From a candidate division FCPU426 bacterium (lineage in GTDB: Bacteria; Oederibacteriota; Muellerivitia; Muellerivitales; Muellerivitaceae), in the NCBI GenBank assembly GCA_963849245.1, contig CAWKIY010000029.1:3733-67732 (forward strand): a DNA stretch of 64,000 nt, in the 5' to 3' direction. Positions 9,266-18,714 of the stretch are shown piece by piece. The notes below the pieces were generated by a model. It was not told the origin of the DNA and did not search any database. It worked only from the letters and a program-made list of their open reading frames with translations. A program made the translations under genes and the position numbers. Position 1 is the stretch's first letter, and every line of letters begins with the position of its first letter.

Positions 9266-9311
9266 AATACTATCGTCTCCCCAATTGGCTTCGAGCCAGC
9301 TCTCTGCGTTA

Positions 9312-10223
9312 CTACTCCGCCCACCCCTTCAAAAACTCCTCAATCAAAAAAGGCAGATCATTGTCATATCCGCCTTCCAAAAGTGAAAACATCGGCAGAT
9401 CCATCTGCTTCAGCCATTGACCAATTTTCCGGTAGTCTTTTTTCTTGAGGCCGAATTGGGTCAGGGGGTCCTTCTCATAAGTATCAAAGCCCATCGAAAC
9501 CCCGACCAGGTCCGGTTGAAAATCCCGGATTCGTTTCATGGCGTTTTCCATGGCAGGAAAATAGTCTCCCTCTTCGGTGCCGGGCGGCAGGGGGTAGTTG
9601 ATACAGTTCTCCCGGGACGACCTTCCCGTTCCCGGATAAGCCGGAAACTGGTGCAGTGAAACGTAAAGAAATTCCTTTTTGCTGAAGCAGAAGTCCTCCG
9701 TGCCGTTGCCGTGGTGGCAGTCCAGGTCGAAGACCGCGATCTTTCGGGGCTTCTCCCCGCGCGCCACATCCTGAACCGCGACGGCCATGGAGTTGAAATA
9801 GCAGAAACCCATGGCCTTGTCCGGCCGGGCGTGATGGCCAGGCGGCCTCATGAGGGAGAAAACCTTCGTGCCGTCCAGGCATTCCCGGGCCGCCTGAAGC
9901 GCCGAGCCGGCGGACAGCATGGAAGCGTCATAGATGCCGGGAGCGCCGGGGGTATCCGGGTCAAAGTAAACCTCCCGCTCCACATCCGCTACCAGATTAG
10001 GTCCGTGGACGGCGTAAATTTTTTCCAGGGGGGCCGGAGCGGGTTCGGCGAATTGGTCCGCGGGGAGGATAGATTTTAAATGTTCCAGGGAGCGGAGCAC
10101 CCGGGCCGGCTGTTCGGGATGGCCGGGGATGTCGTATTGCCCGACTTTAGGGGTGGAAAGAATCTTGAGCTTACTTGCCGCCATTACGCTTCGAGATCTT
10201 CTCGGCCAAAAGAAACTTGTCAA
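9312..10223 (-). CDS. Histone deacetylase / acetoin-utilisation (AcuC) / acetylpolyamine amidohydrolase family protein
   Basis: HDAC signatures GFCYFNSMAVAV and DLDCHHGNGTEDFCF. Likely true start at Met14 (MAASKLKI, about 10184), which overlaps the PilZ stop. Confidence 0.85.
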   Translation of the reverse strand: MTSFFWPRRSRSVMAASKLKILSTPKVGQYDIPGHPEQPARVLRSLEHLKSILPADQFAEPAPAPLEKIYAVHGPNLVADVEREVYFDPDTPGAPGIYDASMLSAGSALQAARECLDGTKVFSLMRPPGHHARPDKAMGFCYFNSMAVAVQDVARGEKPRKIAVFDLDCHHGNGTEDFCFSKKEFLYVSLHQFPAYPGTGRSSRENCINYPLPPGTEEGDYFPAMENAMKRIRDFQPDLVGVSMGFDTYEKDPLTQFGLKKKDYRKIGQWLKQMDLPMFSLLEGGYDNDLPFLIEEFLKGWAE

Positions 10224-10632
10224 GCCGGATCACGTCTTTGCGGTTGATCGCGAGAATCTTAATACCCGCCCGATGAGTGGAGCCGGTGGCGCTTCCCGAG
10301 TTTTCTGATACGGCCCGGATAACCTCGGCGATCAGGGTGACCGGCGCCGGATAGCCGGGCAAATAAAGGTGGATTTCCAGGGCTGAGTCCTCGGGAAAGG
10401 ATTCCTGCCCCACCAGGGACATGCCCCCCATGGAAATATCCCGGGTCACCGCGTTCATCACTACGGATTTTTTGGAGAGTTCGGGTAATTGATCGGCCAT
10501 GGATTCCCGGTAAGAAGCGTCGGAAAGGGTTGTCACCAGGTCCGCCTTGGGAATTAGGCAATAGGTGACTTTAATGGAGGCGTCAATGCGCTCAAACTGC
10601 CGTTTTTCCATCCATCCGTTGTGAACCGCCAT
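10171..10632 (-). CDS. PilZ domain protein (c-di-GMP receptor)
   Basis: RQFERIDASIKV (RxxxR) and DISMGGMSL (D/NxSxxG) PilZ motifs. 153 aa. Confidence 0.8.
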   Translation of the reverse strand: MAVHNGWMEKRQFERIDASIKVTYCLIPKADLVTTLSDASYRESMADQLPELSKKSVVMNAVTRDISMGGMSLVGQESFPEDSALEIHLYLPGYPAPVTLIAEVIRAVSENSGSATGSTHRAGIKILAINRKDVIRLDKFLLAEKISKRNGGK

Positions 10633-10647
10633 ACCAAACCTCGCTGA

Positions 10648-10857
10648 TTACTTCTTCCAATGAATACAAGAAACCGGACAGCTGTGCATCGCCGACTGGA
10701 TATGTTCTTCGCTGTCCCCTTGGGCGTTATAAACTTCCGAAAGCCCGTCGCTGTTCATCCGGAAAACTTTAGGTGTTTCCACCACACAGGCCTCACAGCC
10801 GGTGCATTCGTTCTGGTCCACGTAAGAAATTCGATTTAACTTTTTGGTCTCACCCAT
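10648..10857 (-). CDS. Small ferredoxin (single Fe-S cluster, CxxCxxC...CP)
   Basis: MGETKKLNRISYVDQNECTGCEACVVETP...MHSCPVSCIHW. The track ORF extends upstream to 10950, but that stretch overlaps the next gene and the Met at ~10857 is a more plausible start. Confidence 0.65.
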   Translation of the reverse strand: MGETKKLNRISYVDQNECTGCEACVVETPKVFRMNSDGLSEVYNAQGDSEEHIQSAMHSCPVSCIHWKK

Positions 10858-10880
10858 AGATTCCCTATCGCCCGCTTCTG

Positions 10881-11867
10881 TTAAAACTGAACCCGGAAGC
10901 TGGTACTGCCAGCGATGTCCGTGCCGTTCGATTCGCCCACGATGGCCCAATGGAGCCCGACGCCAAAATCCAACCCCACCACAAACTTCGGTTCCAAAAG
11001 GGTCGGGGGCGCGGCGCTAACAGCTAATAAATTAAGGGATCCGCTGCCTGAGGGCACCCCGCCCGGATTTGTGGTCAAGGTGTAGTTACCATTGCCCGTT
11101 AAGGTTGTGGAAATAACTCCGGAATTTCGTTGGAAACCGATAGCCGCGAAAGGATAAACAACTCCCAAATCTTTTCCGACTTCTATTTTAGCGCCAAAGC
11201 TCTTACTGTTCCAATTCAGGTCATAAGCCGTCTTCCCGCTCACATTCACGTTATATTGCTGCCCCGAATCCGTATAAATGGAATTTTGATTGATATTAGA
11301 AGCGAGACCGACGTTTCCGTTCATTTGATCCCAACTGATACCCATCGTCACCGTCGGAAGTTGTATTCCATCCAATATCTTGTAGCGTAAGTCCAAACCC
11401 CATCCGGAATAATTAGCGCTCACACCGGCAACGCTAATAGAAGGCAGGGTCGTATACCGAAATCCGATATCCAATCCGTTCATCAGACCCAATCGGGCGG
11501 TAGCGATCGGAAAAGGAAGCGGAATACCTGAGGGAAAACTGATATTCGAATTGGCGACAATCGCCGGCAAACTTAGACTATTCAGATTCGGCAGGGTAAT
11601 GAAATCCGCTCCCGCTCCGACTCCTATCTCAAAATGAGGCCCCATCACAAAATCAAAAACGCCCGGCGGATTATCCCAGCCCAAGGTTGAGAAAAATCCA
11701 AGACTTTTAGAAAAGGGTCCATTCATGAAATTAGCGAGGGTCTTATAATCGGATTGGGCTTGATTGACAAAATCCTGGGCCGGAGTCTGCGCCTTAACCG
11801 GGCTCGTTGAGACTGCCCCCAAGACTAAAACAAATAAAATGGTCCAAAAAGTTTTTCGAAAAGCCAT
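10881..11867 (-). CDS. Outer-membrane beta-barrel protein (signal peptide, alternating amphipathic strands, C-terminal Phe)
   Basis: MAFRKTFWTILFVLVLGAVSTSPVKAQ signal peptide. Gly/Ser/Asn/Tyr-rich with C-terminal ...TSFRVQF. 328 aa. Confidence 0.65.
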   Translation of the reverse strand: MAFRKTFWTILFVLVLGAVSTSPVKAQTPAQDFVNQAQSDYKTLANFMNGPFSKSLGFFSTLGWDNPPGVFDFVMGPHFEIGVGAGADFITLPNLNSLSLPAIVANSNISFPSGIPLPFPIATARLGLMNGLDIGFRYTTLPSISVAGVSANYSGWGLDLRYKILDGIQLPTVTMGISWDQMNGNVGLASNINQNSIYTDSGQQYNVNVSGKTAYDLNWNSKSFGAKIEVGKDLGVVYPFAAIGFQRNSGVISTTLTGNGNYTLTTNPGGVPSGSGSLNLLAVSAAPPTLLEPKFVVGLDFGVGLHWAIVGESNGTDIAGSTSFRVQF

Positions 11868-11987
11868 TCTTTTCCTCGTTCACATCAGGTTAAATGGAAA
11901 AACGTTTCAATTACTTTAAGTCAGGTCGTTCTAAATGAAAAGCATTTACATAAATCCACGGAAAACACCTCTTTCCAGGAGCGGCTT

Positions 11988-12716
11988 TTGAAATGGCCTG
12001 AGTCTTCACTGGTTTTAGGCACCTTTGTTGAACGCCTCCACCGGTTTGGCGCGACAGTAAAAGTCAAAGGCCGGGAAGAATACTGCCATGTGACCAACTC
12101 AGGCCGGCTTCGGGAACTCTTATGTCCCGGCGCCAAGGTGGCTCTCGTCGATCATCGGGATGATCCCCTCGCCAATTCCAAAGCCCCTCGCAAAACCCGT
12201 TACGCCGTCCGCCTAGCCTATTACCGGAAAAAGTGGGTTTGCATTGAGGCCAATATCGCCCCGAAGTTGTTGAAAGAAGCCTGGGAAAAGCACAAGGTTC
12301 CCTCTTTATCCCGTTACGATGAACTTCAGGCTGAAGTCCCATTGAATACCCACACCCGCTTTGATTTTCAAGCCCGTAACTCCAAAACCGGAGAGAAAGC
12401 TTGGATTGAGGTGAAGTGCGTGACCCTGGTGGATGAGAAAGGCGCGGGACTTTTCCCCGACGCGCCCTCGGAAAGGGCCTCCAAACATTTGCGGGAATTA
12501 AAAACTTTGTCTCATAAGGCCAAAACTAAATGTTATGTCTTTTTTATCCTGCAGAATCCTTACGGCCGGGGAGTCGCTCCCAAGGATGAGACCGACCCCA
12601 TTTTTGGAAAAACTTTGCGCTTGGTTTCTAAAACTCAGGTCCGTCTTCAAGCTTTCCGCGCCAGGATTGATCTCCAAGGCGCGGAATTGGATCAGGAAAT
12701 CCCGATTTTTTTATAA
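11988..12716 (+). CDS. sfsA: Sugar fermentation stimulation protein A (SfsA family, nuclease-like DNA-binding)
   Basis: N-terminal LVLGTFVERLHRFGATVKVKG..YCHVTNSGRLRELLCPGAKV matches the SfsA signature. 242 aa. Confidence 0.8.
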   Translation: MKWPESSLVLGTFVERLHRFGATVKVKGREEYCHVTNSGRLRELLCPGAKVALVDHRDDPLANSKAPRKTRYAVRLAYYRKKWVCIEANIAPKLLKEAWEKHKVPSLSRYDELQAEVPLNTHTRFDFQARNSKTGEKAWIEVKCVTLVDEKGAGLFPDAPSERASKHLRELKTLSHKAKTKCYVFFILQNPYGRGVAPKDETDPIFGKTLRLVSKTQVRLQAFRARIDLQGAELDQEIPIFL

Positions 12717-13658
12717 GGAGTATTTAACAACCCGGGCGTTTCCCGTGTCCGTCACATAAATGTTGCCGTTGGAATCCACAGCCACTCCGTAGGGGTTCTT
12801 CACCGAATCCGCGGCAGAGAGATTGCTATCGGATTGGGCGGCCAGCGTGTTTCCAGCTGGATTAAAAACCTTGATCGAGTTGTTTCCCGAATCAACGATG
12901 TAAACATTTCCGTTTTTATCTAACTTCACGTCATTGGGTTTGTTTAACTTAACGGTAGAGCTGTTGCCCCAGGTGATCGTGCTGTTTTGAGTTGGGTTGA
13001 GTCCCGTAATGCTGTTCCCGGCGAAATCAGCGACCAGTAAGTTCCCGTTCCCGTCACTACCCATGCCAGTGGGTCCGGAAAAGTTGCTCTGGCTTCCCAA
13101 TTGGGTGATGGGATTCCCGTCGGCGCTAAACTTCCAAACCTTGTTATTGCCGCTATCCGAAACATACACATTTCCGTTGCCGTCCACCACGACTCCCTGG
13201 GGCGAGACAAAGGGCGAACCGCCGTTGGAAGTTGGTGTAAATTGGTTCAACCAGATCCCCGTAGAGCTCATTTCAGTAACCCTCAGGTTTCCAGCGTCCA
13301 CCACATAAATATTGCCGTTGGTATCCACCGTCAGCCCCGTGGGGCGGCTGGTGGCGAATGAGGCGCTTTTCTCATCGGCATATCTCATCTGAGCCAGGCT
13401 ATTTCCGTTCGAATCGAACTTGATGACCATGTTGAGTCCGGCATCCGCGACGTAAATGTTGTTGCTGCTGTCAACCGCGATTCCAACCGGGGTTACCAGA
13501 GCCCCATTTCCGCTTTGATTCCATTGGGAAACCATTTGAAGGGTAAGCGTGGAGGAGGTGGCCATCGCCGTCGGAGCGAGCGGGGCAAGTCCCTTTCCAC
13601 AACCGGTCATTTCGACCAGAGCCAGAATCAAAGCCAGATTTAAAAGTCCCTTTTTCAT
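12711..13658 (-). CDS. NHL-repeat beta-propeller lipoprotein
   Basis: Lipobox MKKGLLNLALILALVEMTGCG. Repeated NGNIYV(V/T)D.GN.R(V) NHL-type blades. Confidence 0.75.
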   Translation of the reverse strand: MKKGLLNLALILALVEMTGCGKGLAPLAPTAMATSSTLTLQMVSQWNQSGNGALVTPVGIAVDSSNNIYVADAGLNMVIKFDSNGNSLAQMRYADEKSASFATSRPTGLTVDTNGNIYVVDAGNLRVTEMSSTGIWLNQFTPTSNGGSPFVSPQGVVVDGNGNVYVSDSGNNKVWKFSADGNPITQLGSQSNFSGPTGMGSDGNGNLLVADFAGNSITGLNPTQNSTITWGNSSTVKLNKPNDVKLDKNGNVYIVDSGNNSIKVFNPAGNTLAAQSDSNLSAADSVKNPYGVAVDSNGNIYVTDTGNARVVKYSL

Positions 13659-13898
13659 ATTTCACCTTTTCTCCCCTCGCGGGGTTCATCGTATTGTTCT
13701 ATTAGTAAAAGCAACCGGAGTGCCAAGAAAAAAAGGGCAAAAACCTTGAAAAAAGCGCTTTCCAATCATTTGTAAAGGTTGGAAAAACGGCTCTAAATGA
13801 CCCAGTTGGGTAAATAAAACCCAATGGACGAATGCGGAAATGAATAAAAACGGGACACTCGGAAGGGATTATAAAAAACGACGGTGAAAAATTGAGCC

Positions 13899-14171
13899 TT
13901 AGGGAATTTTCGAATCAGCTGTCGGCGGGGCGTCCTTATCTTCAATAAAAGCCTTTCGCATCTGCTGATCTAAAAGACAGCAATCAGGACAATCCTGAAC
14001 GTGCTTCGAAATCCAGTCCATCTGAGCCGGCAGAAGTTCTTCTTGCAAAAAAGCGTTATAAAGTTGGTGAACCTGACGGCAATCCATAAATCCCATTTCT
14101 TGACCAGACTTCCCTTGGAAGGAGAAGCAGCAAATCAGTCTTTCAAGTACCCTACTCCTGCCGCAACCCAT
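13899..14171 (-). CDS. Putative zinc-finger (zf-HC2) anti-sigma factor-like small protein, with no adjacent sigma gene
   Basis: MDCRQVHQLYNAFLQEELLPAQMDWISKHVQDCPDCC has the C...H...CxxC pattern of zf-HC2 anti-sigma N-termini. The true start is probably the internal Met (~65 aa product). Confidence 0.4.
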   Translation of the reverse strand: MGCGRSRVLERLICCFSFQGKSGQEMGFMDCRQVHQLYNAFLQEELLPAQMDWISKHVQDCPDCCLLDQQMRKAFIEDKDAPPTADSKIP

Positions 14172-14565
14172 TTTAACAACAAAAAATGACCCGAGGGGCG
14201 ACTCCCACCAACCTCGGCCTTCCGATTCGAAAAGTCACGACCGGCAAGACTTCAAAAAGCTGATTCATGATATTTTAAGAGGCTTCCAGGGACTGTTGAA
14301 TCACGGCATTTTCCGAGGAATAAAGAAAAAAATCAGAGAGATCGACTGGAAGTTACCAAACCGCCGCGAAAGCCGTTTGAATTTGCCCAGGCTTGGCTGC
14401 GGAATGCCTTTTCTTTTGGAGATGAAATTTTGATCGAAACATCGGCTTTTATTGTATGGGTGCCGCATTCTCCAAAAACAGTCCGCCCGATCCTGTTAAA
14501 ATCGGCCACTTTTTGTACAAAAATTGGCATCTTATCGTCTTCAGAAAATAGCTCAAAAACTAAAA

Positions 14566-14600
14566 AGGGGGCTCCTTTTCAGGAAGCCCCCTTTTCAAGG
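14566..14600 (-). terminator. Rho-independent (bidirectional) terminator after the pilin gene
   Basis: aagggggctcc ttttcag gaagccccctt hairpin with flanking T/A tracts, 10 nt downstream of the pilin stop (14610). Confidence 0.8.
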
Positions 14601-14609
14601 CAAACTAAA

Positions 14610-15065
14610 TCATTCAAAGCCATAGAACGAGTAAGGAATCGACTTCGAATCCTTAACCGTGCTATTGACGTAAACGCTTCCCAGGTTACTGTCATACATC
14701 CAACCAGTTCCAGCGCCCGTCGGGACCGAACTTTGGTTTGTCATAGTCACCTTATTCCCAACTGGACTCGTTGAACCAACCGTAAACGCTCCAGTTACTT
14801 TCACATTTTGGAGATTATCCAAATAACGGCTAAAAGCGTAACCAGTGAAAGATTGCAGAGTTTGCGGCCAAACCCCTTGATAGTCTCCATAATAAATCGA
14901 GGCGGCGGACTTGATCGCGCCCAGATTTCCTTTGGTCGACCCTTCTCTTGATTTTTCCAACATTTGGGCGAACCGCGGAATCGCGATAGCCGCCAAGATA
15001 CCGATAATCGCGACAACGATCATCAGCTCAATTAATGTAAATCCTTTTGCTTTCAAACGAATCAT
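14610..15065 (-). CDS. Type IV pilin-like protein (prepilin-type N-terminal cleavage/methylation domain)
   Basis: MIRLKAKG|FTLIELMIVVAIIGILAAIAIP is a class III leader with G-1, F+1 and E+5. GGAGG RBS 8 nt upstream of the ATG. Confidence 0.9.
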   Translation of the reverse strand: MIRLKAKGFTLIELMIVVAIIGILAAIAIPRFAQMLEKSREGSTKGNLGAIKSAASIYYGDYQGVWPQTLQSFTGYAFSRYLDNLQNVKVTGAFTVGSTSPVGNKVTMTNQSSVPTGAGTGWMYDSNLGSVYVNSTVKDSKSIPYSFYGFE

Positions 15066-15148
15066 TTAGTCCTCCGTTTTTTCTAAACCGAACGCTGCCT
15101 GTGACCCCAAAGGCAGTCGATGTTGAAAATAAACTATACCCGTCTACG

Positions 15149-15340
15149 TCAATGTCCTTTTTCAGGCAGCTTTTTTATTTCGATCTTTTGGGACTTCACA
15201 TCAATTCTCCGGGTGTTGTCGGTAAAATCCGAAGCCCATGTGTTTCCCTCGGAAACAGACTTTGGATGTTCACCCGCGACCCAGAAAATAGAACCAAAAA
15301 CCAAAAGCCCAAGAAAGATTAATAAAAAATAAGACTTCAT
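15149..15340 (-). CDS. Small (63 aa) secreted or membrane-anchored protein between the sigma-54 promoter and the pilin gene
   Basis: MKSYFLLIFLGLLVFGSIFWVAGE... hydrophobic N-terminus. Located downstream of the candidate sigma-54 promoter. Coding status unverified. Confidence 0.35.
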   Translation of the reverse strand: MKSYFLLIFLGLLVFGSIFWVAGEHPKSVSEGNTWASDFTDNTRRIDVKSQKIEIKKLPEKGH

Positions 15341-15381
15341 TGATTTTTCCGGATACAGATTTAATTTACTGTAATAAGTAA

Positions 15382-15400
15382 AAGCACGAACTGTGCCAGT
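15382..15400 (-). promoter_or_regulatory. Candidate sigma-54 (-24/-12) promoter reading toward the small ORF and pilin gene
   Basis: Minus-strand sequence TGGCACagttcGTGCt. GG and GC elements are at the canonical spacing of TGGCAC-N5-TTGC. It lies ~45 nt upstream of the 15340 start codon and immediately downstream of a sigma-54-dependent response-regulator gene. Confidence 0.5.
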
Positions 15401-15539
15401 AAAAGGTAAATGATTTCCTTAAATTCCAGGCAATTGGACAGTCCAATCTGCATCAAAAAGAATGCAGTGGAACCTTTCTTATGCATTGATCCCAGAAAGG
15501 TACTGCTGTGAAAGTATCATCGGCAGAATGAAAAAAGAT

Positions 15540-16913
15540 TTATTTTTTTCGAAAGAAATCGGCTTTCAAACGATATTTTTTCAGAAGGAGTTGAAAATTT
15601 CGACGGGCAAGTCCCGCTTGACGGGCCGCGTCCGAAACATTCCCTTGAGATTTTTTTAAAAGTTGAACCAGATAATTCTTTTCGAACGCTTGAACTTGAA
15701 GGCGTTTGGCCTCCCGAAAAGGTCCTTCGGGCTGATACTTTTCAGAACTTTGGGGCAGCGCCATATCTTGCGGCCCTATTTCAAACCCGCTCGACATTAA
15801 AGCCGCACGCTCGAGAATGTTTTTAAGTTCCCTGACATTTCCAGGCCAGCTTTGAGAAATCAGCCATTTGAGAGCCTGAGGCGAAAGCTTTTTAATGTCC
15901 TCGGTATTTTTAGAGAATCGTTTTAGAAAAAAGTCAGCCAAAAGGGGAATGTCAGCCATTCTTTCCCGCAAAGGGGGAATCGGCAGAAGTAAAACAGAAA
16001 GCCGGTAAAATAAATCTTTACGAAATCTTTTTTGCTCCACCATTTCCTCTAAATTTTGGTTCGTAGCGGCGATCACCCGCACATCCACCTTTCGGGCGCG
16101 GGCGTCGCCCAAAAGACGAACCTCGCCGGATTCCAACACTCTTAAAAGTTTGGCCTGTGATTCCAAGGGAACTTCCGCGATTTCATCTAAAAATAAAGTA
16201 CTTCCATCCGCCGCTTGAAAAAGTCCGTCGCGGGTTTCTTGGGCTCCGGTATAAGCGCCTTTCTTAACGCCAAAAAGCTCCGCCTCGAATAAATTGGCGG
16301 GAAGCGCCCCCGCGTTCACTTGAACTAAAGGACCTTTCGCTCGCGGTGAAGCCTCATGGATAGCCCGGGCCGCCAATTCCTTTCCAACCCCTGATTCTCC
16401 CACAATAAGAACATGCGCGTCGCTCGGGGCGAACTTATGGATGAGTTGGGATACTTTTTGAATCGCGGAAGATCCGCCTACCATCGGACCATTCAGGGAA
16501 GCGGAAACCTCTTGGCGTAATCTCTCATTTTCTTCAAGTAAGCGTCCTTTCGCTAGAGCCTTAAAAACCACGACTTCCAGATCCTCCGCCGTAAAGGGCT
16601 TTGGAAGATAGTCTTCCGCTCCTTTCTTAATGACATCCACGACATTTTTAGTGCTTCCATAACCGGAAACCACGACAACCGGCAGATGGGGGCTTACTTT
16701 TTTCAGTTTTTCTAAAAAATGCTCGCCGGACAATCCGGGCAGGCGTAAATCCGTAATGACCAGGCTGAAAGCTTCCCGATTCAATACTTCCAGAGCTTTT
16801 TCAGCGTCTTCCACACAAAAGGCGTCATAACCTTTTTGATCCAACATGGCGTTTAAAAGATTGCGGACCCCCTTTTCATCATCGACAACGAGTATCCTCT
16901 GTTTTTTAGTCAT
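15540..16913 (-). CDS. Sigma-54-dependent response regulator (NtrC/PilR family: REC, AAA+ sigma-54 activator, Fis-type HTH)
   Basis: REC domain (ILVVDDE...[11 protein letters not shown]). Walker [15 protein letters not shown]-like loop (KKGAYTGAQ) and ESELFGH-like ([10 protein letters not shown]). C-terminal HTH ...[23 protein letters not shown]. Confidence 0.92.
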   Translation of the reverse strand: MTKKQRILVVDDEKGVRNLLNAMLDQKGYDAFCVEDAEKALEVLNREAFSLVITDLRLPGLSGEHFLEKLKKVSPHLPVVVVSGYGSTKNVVDVIKKGAEDYLPKPFTAEDLEVVVFKALAKGRLLEENERLRQEVSASLNGPMVGGSSAIQKVSQLIHKFAPSDAHVLIVGESGVGKELAARAIHEASPRAKGPLVQVNAGALPANLFEAELFGVKKGAYTGAQETRDGLFQAADGSTLFLDEIAEVPLESQAKLLRVLESGEVRLLGDARARKVDVRVIAATNQNLEEMVEQKRFRKDLFYRLSVLLLPIPPLRERMADIPLLADFFLKRFSKNTEDIKKLSPQALKWLISQSWPGNVRELKNILERAALMSSGFEIGPQDMALPQSSEKYQPEGPFREAKRLQVQAFEKNYLVQLLKKSQGNVSDAARQAGLARRNFQLLLKKYRLKADFFRKK

Positions 16914-16932
16914 TTCGATCCCTTTGAGACAA

Positions 16933-18693
16933 TTAGGCGCTGGGCCATTCTAAAATAATTCTCGTTCCGTGAGGCCTGTTTGCCCTGACTTGGATGCGGC
17001 CCCCATGGGCTTGAAGAATTGAGCGGGCAATCACCAATCCTAAACCTGTCCCGCTGGGTTTCGTGGTAAAAAAGGGCCGAAATAGCTGGGCCGCGTCTTT
17101 TTTCAAAATCCCTTTTCCCGTATCGGTTACCCGGACCCAAATCGATCCCTTATTTTTCTTTAATTCAATAAGAACAATTCCTCCCTGAGGCATCGCTTCC
17201 ACCGCGTTCCGCATGACATTCAACAGCACCTGCTTCACCCGGTCTTTATCCGCGGAGACCATAAAGGGCTTTGACACACATTTTAACTGGTATTTCAGCT
17301 CTCCTTTGGGAATTTGAGCCCAAGTTTCCCTCGCCAAAAAAGTCAAATCAAAACGTTGAAACCGTAATTGAATCGGCTTGGCAAAAGTTAATAGATCTGA
17401 AACCAGTCTCCGGCAGCGGTTGGCTTCCTGATAAATTTCATCCAACCAATTTTTGAATTTGACGCCTTTGGCGTTCCGGGCCATTTGGGCCGACCCTAAA
17501 ATCACCGTTAATGGATTATTTAACTCATGGGCCAATCCGGCTGAAAATTGTCCAATAGTCGCCAAACGCTCTGACTCCGCCAGCTTTCGTTCGGCTTGAA
17601 GCGTTCGGCGGTGGGCTCTTTCCCTGGAATGGGTTTGGGCTTTAATATTTTGGGCCATCCGCCCAATCGCCTGTCCTAAAATTTCCACCTCGTCGGTCGG
17701 TTTCAAGGATTCCCATTTTTTAGAATCCAATTGACCCGATTCATACCGGCCCACTTGAGTCGCTAAATTTAAAATAGGACGAACGACTCTCTCGGAAAGA
17801 GTTAAGGCTAAAAGTAAACTCGCAATGAGGGTCAAGGCTAAGAAAAGGGACATAAACTTCAACATTCGCGCCGCTGGTTCATAACATTCCTCAGCCGTTT
17901 GGCGCACAATCACACCCCAGGACGCGGATTCCACCGTGGCGAAAGCCGCTAAGACCTCTTCGCCCGCCCGGTTTTTAAATTGGATGACGCCTTCTTTTTG
18001 GGTTTTAAGTTTTTGAACCGCGGGACTTCCATTGACCGTTCCCAGCAGCCGGGTTTTATCCGGATGCACAATGGCAAATCCCTGTTGATTGACCATATAA
18101 GCGTAGCCGGTTTTTCCGAAATGCGCGGTTTCTAAGTTTTTAATGCTGTGATTGGGCAGGTAAGTAACTCCCACCAAGACTCCGACCAAATGCCCATCCC
18201 GGAAAACAGGAGCGCTGACCGCGACCCCCACCTCATCGGATTTGGTTTTATAAACGTCGACCAAAACCGAGCTTTTCAATTCCTCCGCGCGCTTAATGTT
18301 TTCGATAAAAAAAGAGGACGGTGGTAGATTTTGAGGATTGACACTGGGCTGGCCCTGCGCGAAAAGGTGGCCCTGAGGCGTGAATAGGAGTAAACCATCA
18401 ATGAGTTCGGTCGCGTTCGTGACAAGGGTCATTTCCCGGATGACGGAAGAGCGGACCATAAGGGTTATTTCAGGCCGTTTTGAAAGAACCTCAATCGCTT
18501 GAAAAGTATTGGAAAGACTTTGATCCACCTGCCAGGCCAGGGTTTTAGCCAAAGTCAACTGGGCTTGTTGTGCTTGCAGCCGGAGGGATTGATACGATTT
18601 CCAAACCAAATAGCCGCCCAAAAAACCGGTAGTACCCGTGGAAAGAAGAACCGTCAAAAGGGTGATTTTGGTCTTTAAACTGATAAATCTCAA
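16933..18693 (-). CDS. Sensor histidine kinase with periplasmic Cache-type domain, HAMP, HisKA and HATPase
   Basis: N-terminal TM, then a periplasmic double-Cache-like region (..GYAYMVNQQGFAIVHPD..), second TM, HAMP, H-box LAHELNNPLTVILG, then G1/G2 boxes (DTGKGI...GTGLGLVIARSIL). Confidence 0.9.
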   Translation of the reverse strand: MRFISLKTKITLLTVLLSTGTTGFLGGYLVWKSYQSLRLQAQQAQLTLAKTLAWQVDQSLSNTFQAIEVLSKRPEITLMVRSSVIREMTLVTNATELIDGLLLFTPQGHLFAQGQPSVNPQNLPPSSFFIENIKRAEELKSSVLVDVYKTKSDEVGVAVSAPVFRDGHLVGVLVGVTYLPNHSIKNLETAHFGKTGYAYMVNQQGFAIVHPDKTRLLGTVNGSPAVQKLKTQKEGVIQFKNRAGEEVLAAFATVESASWGVIVRQTAEECYEPAARMLKFMSLFLALTLIASLLLALTLSERVVRPILNLATQVGRYESGQLDSKKWESLKPTDEVEILGQAIGRMAQNIKAQTHSRERAHRRTLQAERKLAESERLATIGQFSAGLAHELNNPLTVILGSAQMARNAKGVKFKNWLDEIYQEANRCRRLVSDLLTFAKPIQLRFQRFDLTFLARETWAQIPKGELKYQLKCVSKPFMVSADKDRVKQVLLNVMRNAVEAMPQGGIVLIELKKNKGSIWVRVTDTGKGILKKDAAQLFRPFFTTKPSGTGLGLVIARSILQAHGGRIQVRANRPHGTRIILEWPSA

Positions 18694-18714
18694 AATTCAC
18701 TTCCCTTAACGCTG

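Noticed and set aside
10858-10950. Upstream extension of the ferredoxin ORF (MGHRGRIERHGHRWQYQL...)
   Set aside because: It overlaps the 3' end of the outer-membrane protein gene, and the internal Met (MGETKKL) gives a typical ~70-aa ferredoxin. The extension is probably an ORF-caller artefact.
14430-14774. Plus-strand ORF 14430..14774 (114 aa)
   Set aside because: It overlaps the well-supported pilin gene and its terminator on the opposite strand, and has no recognisable features.
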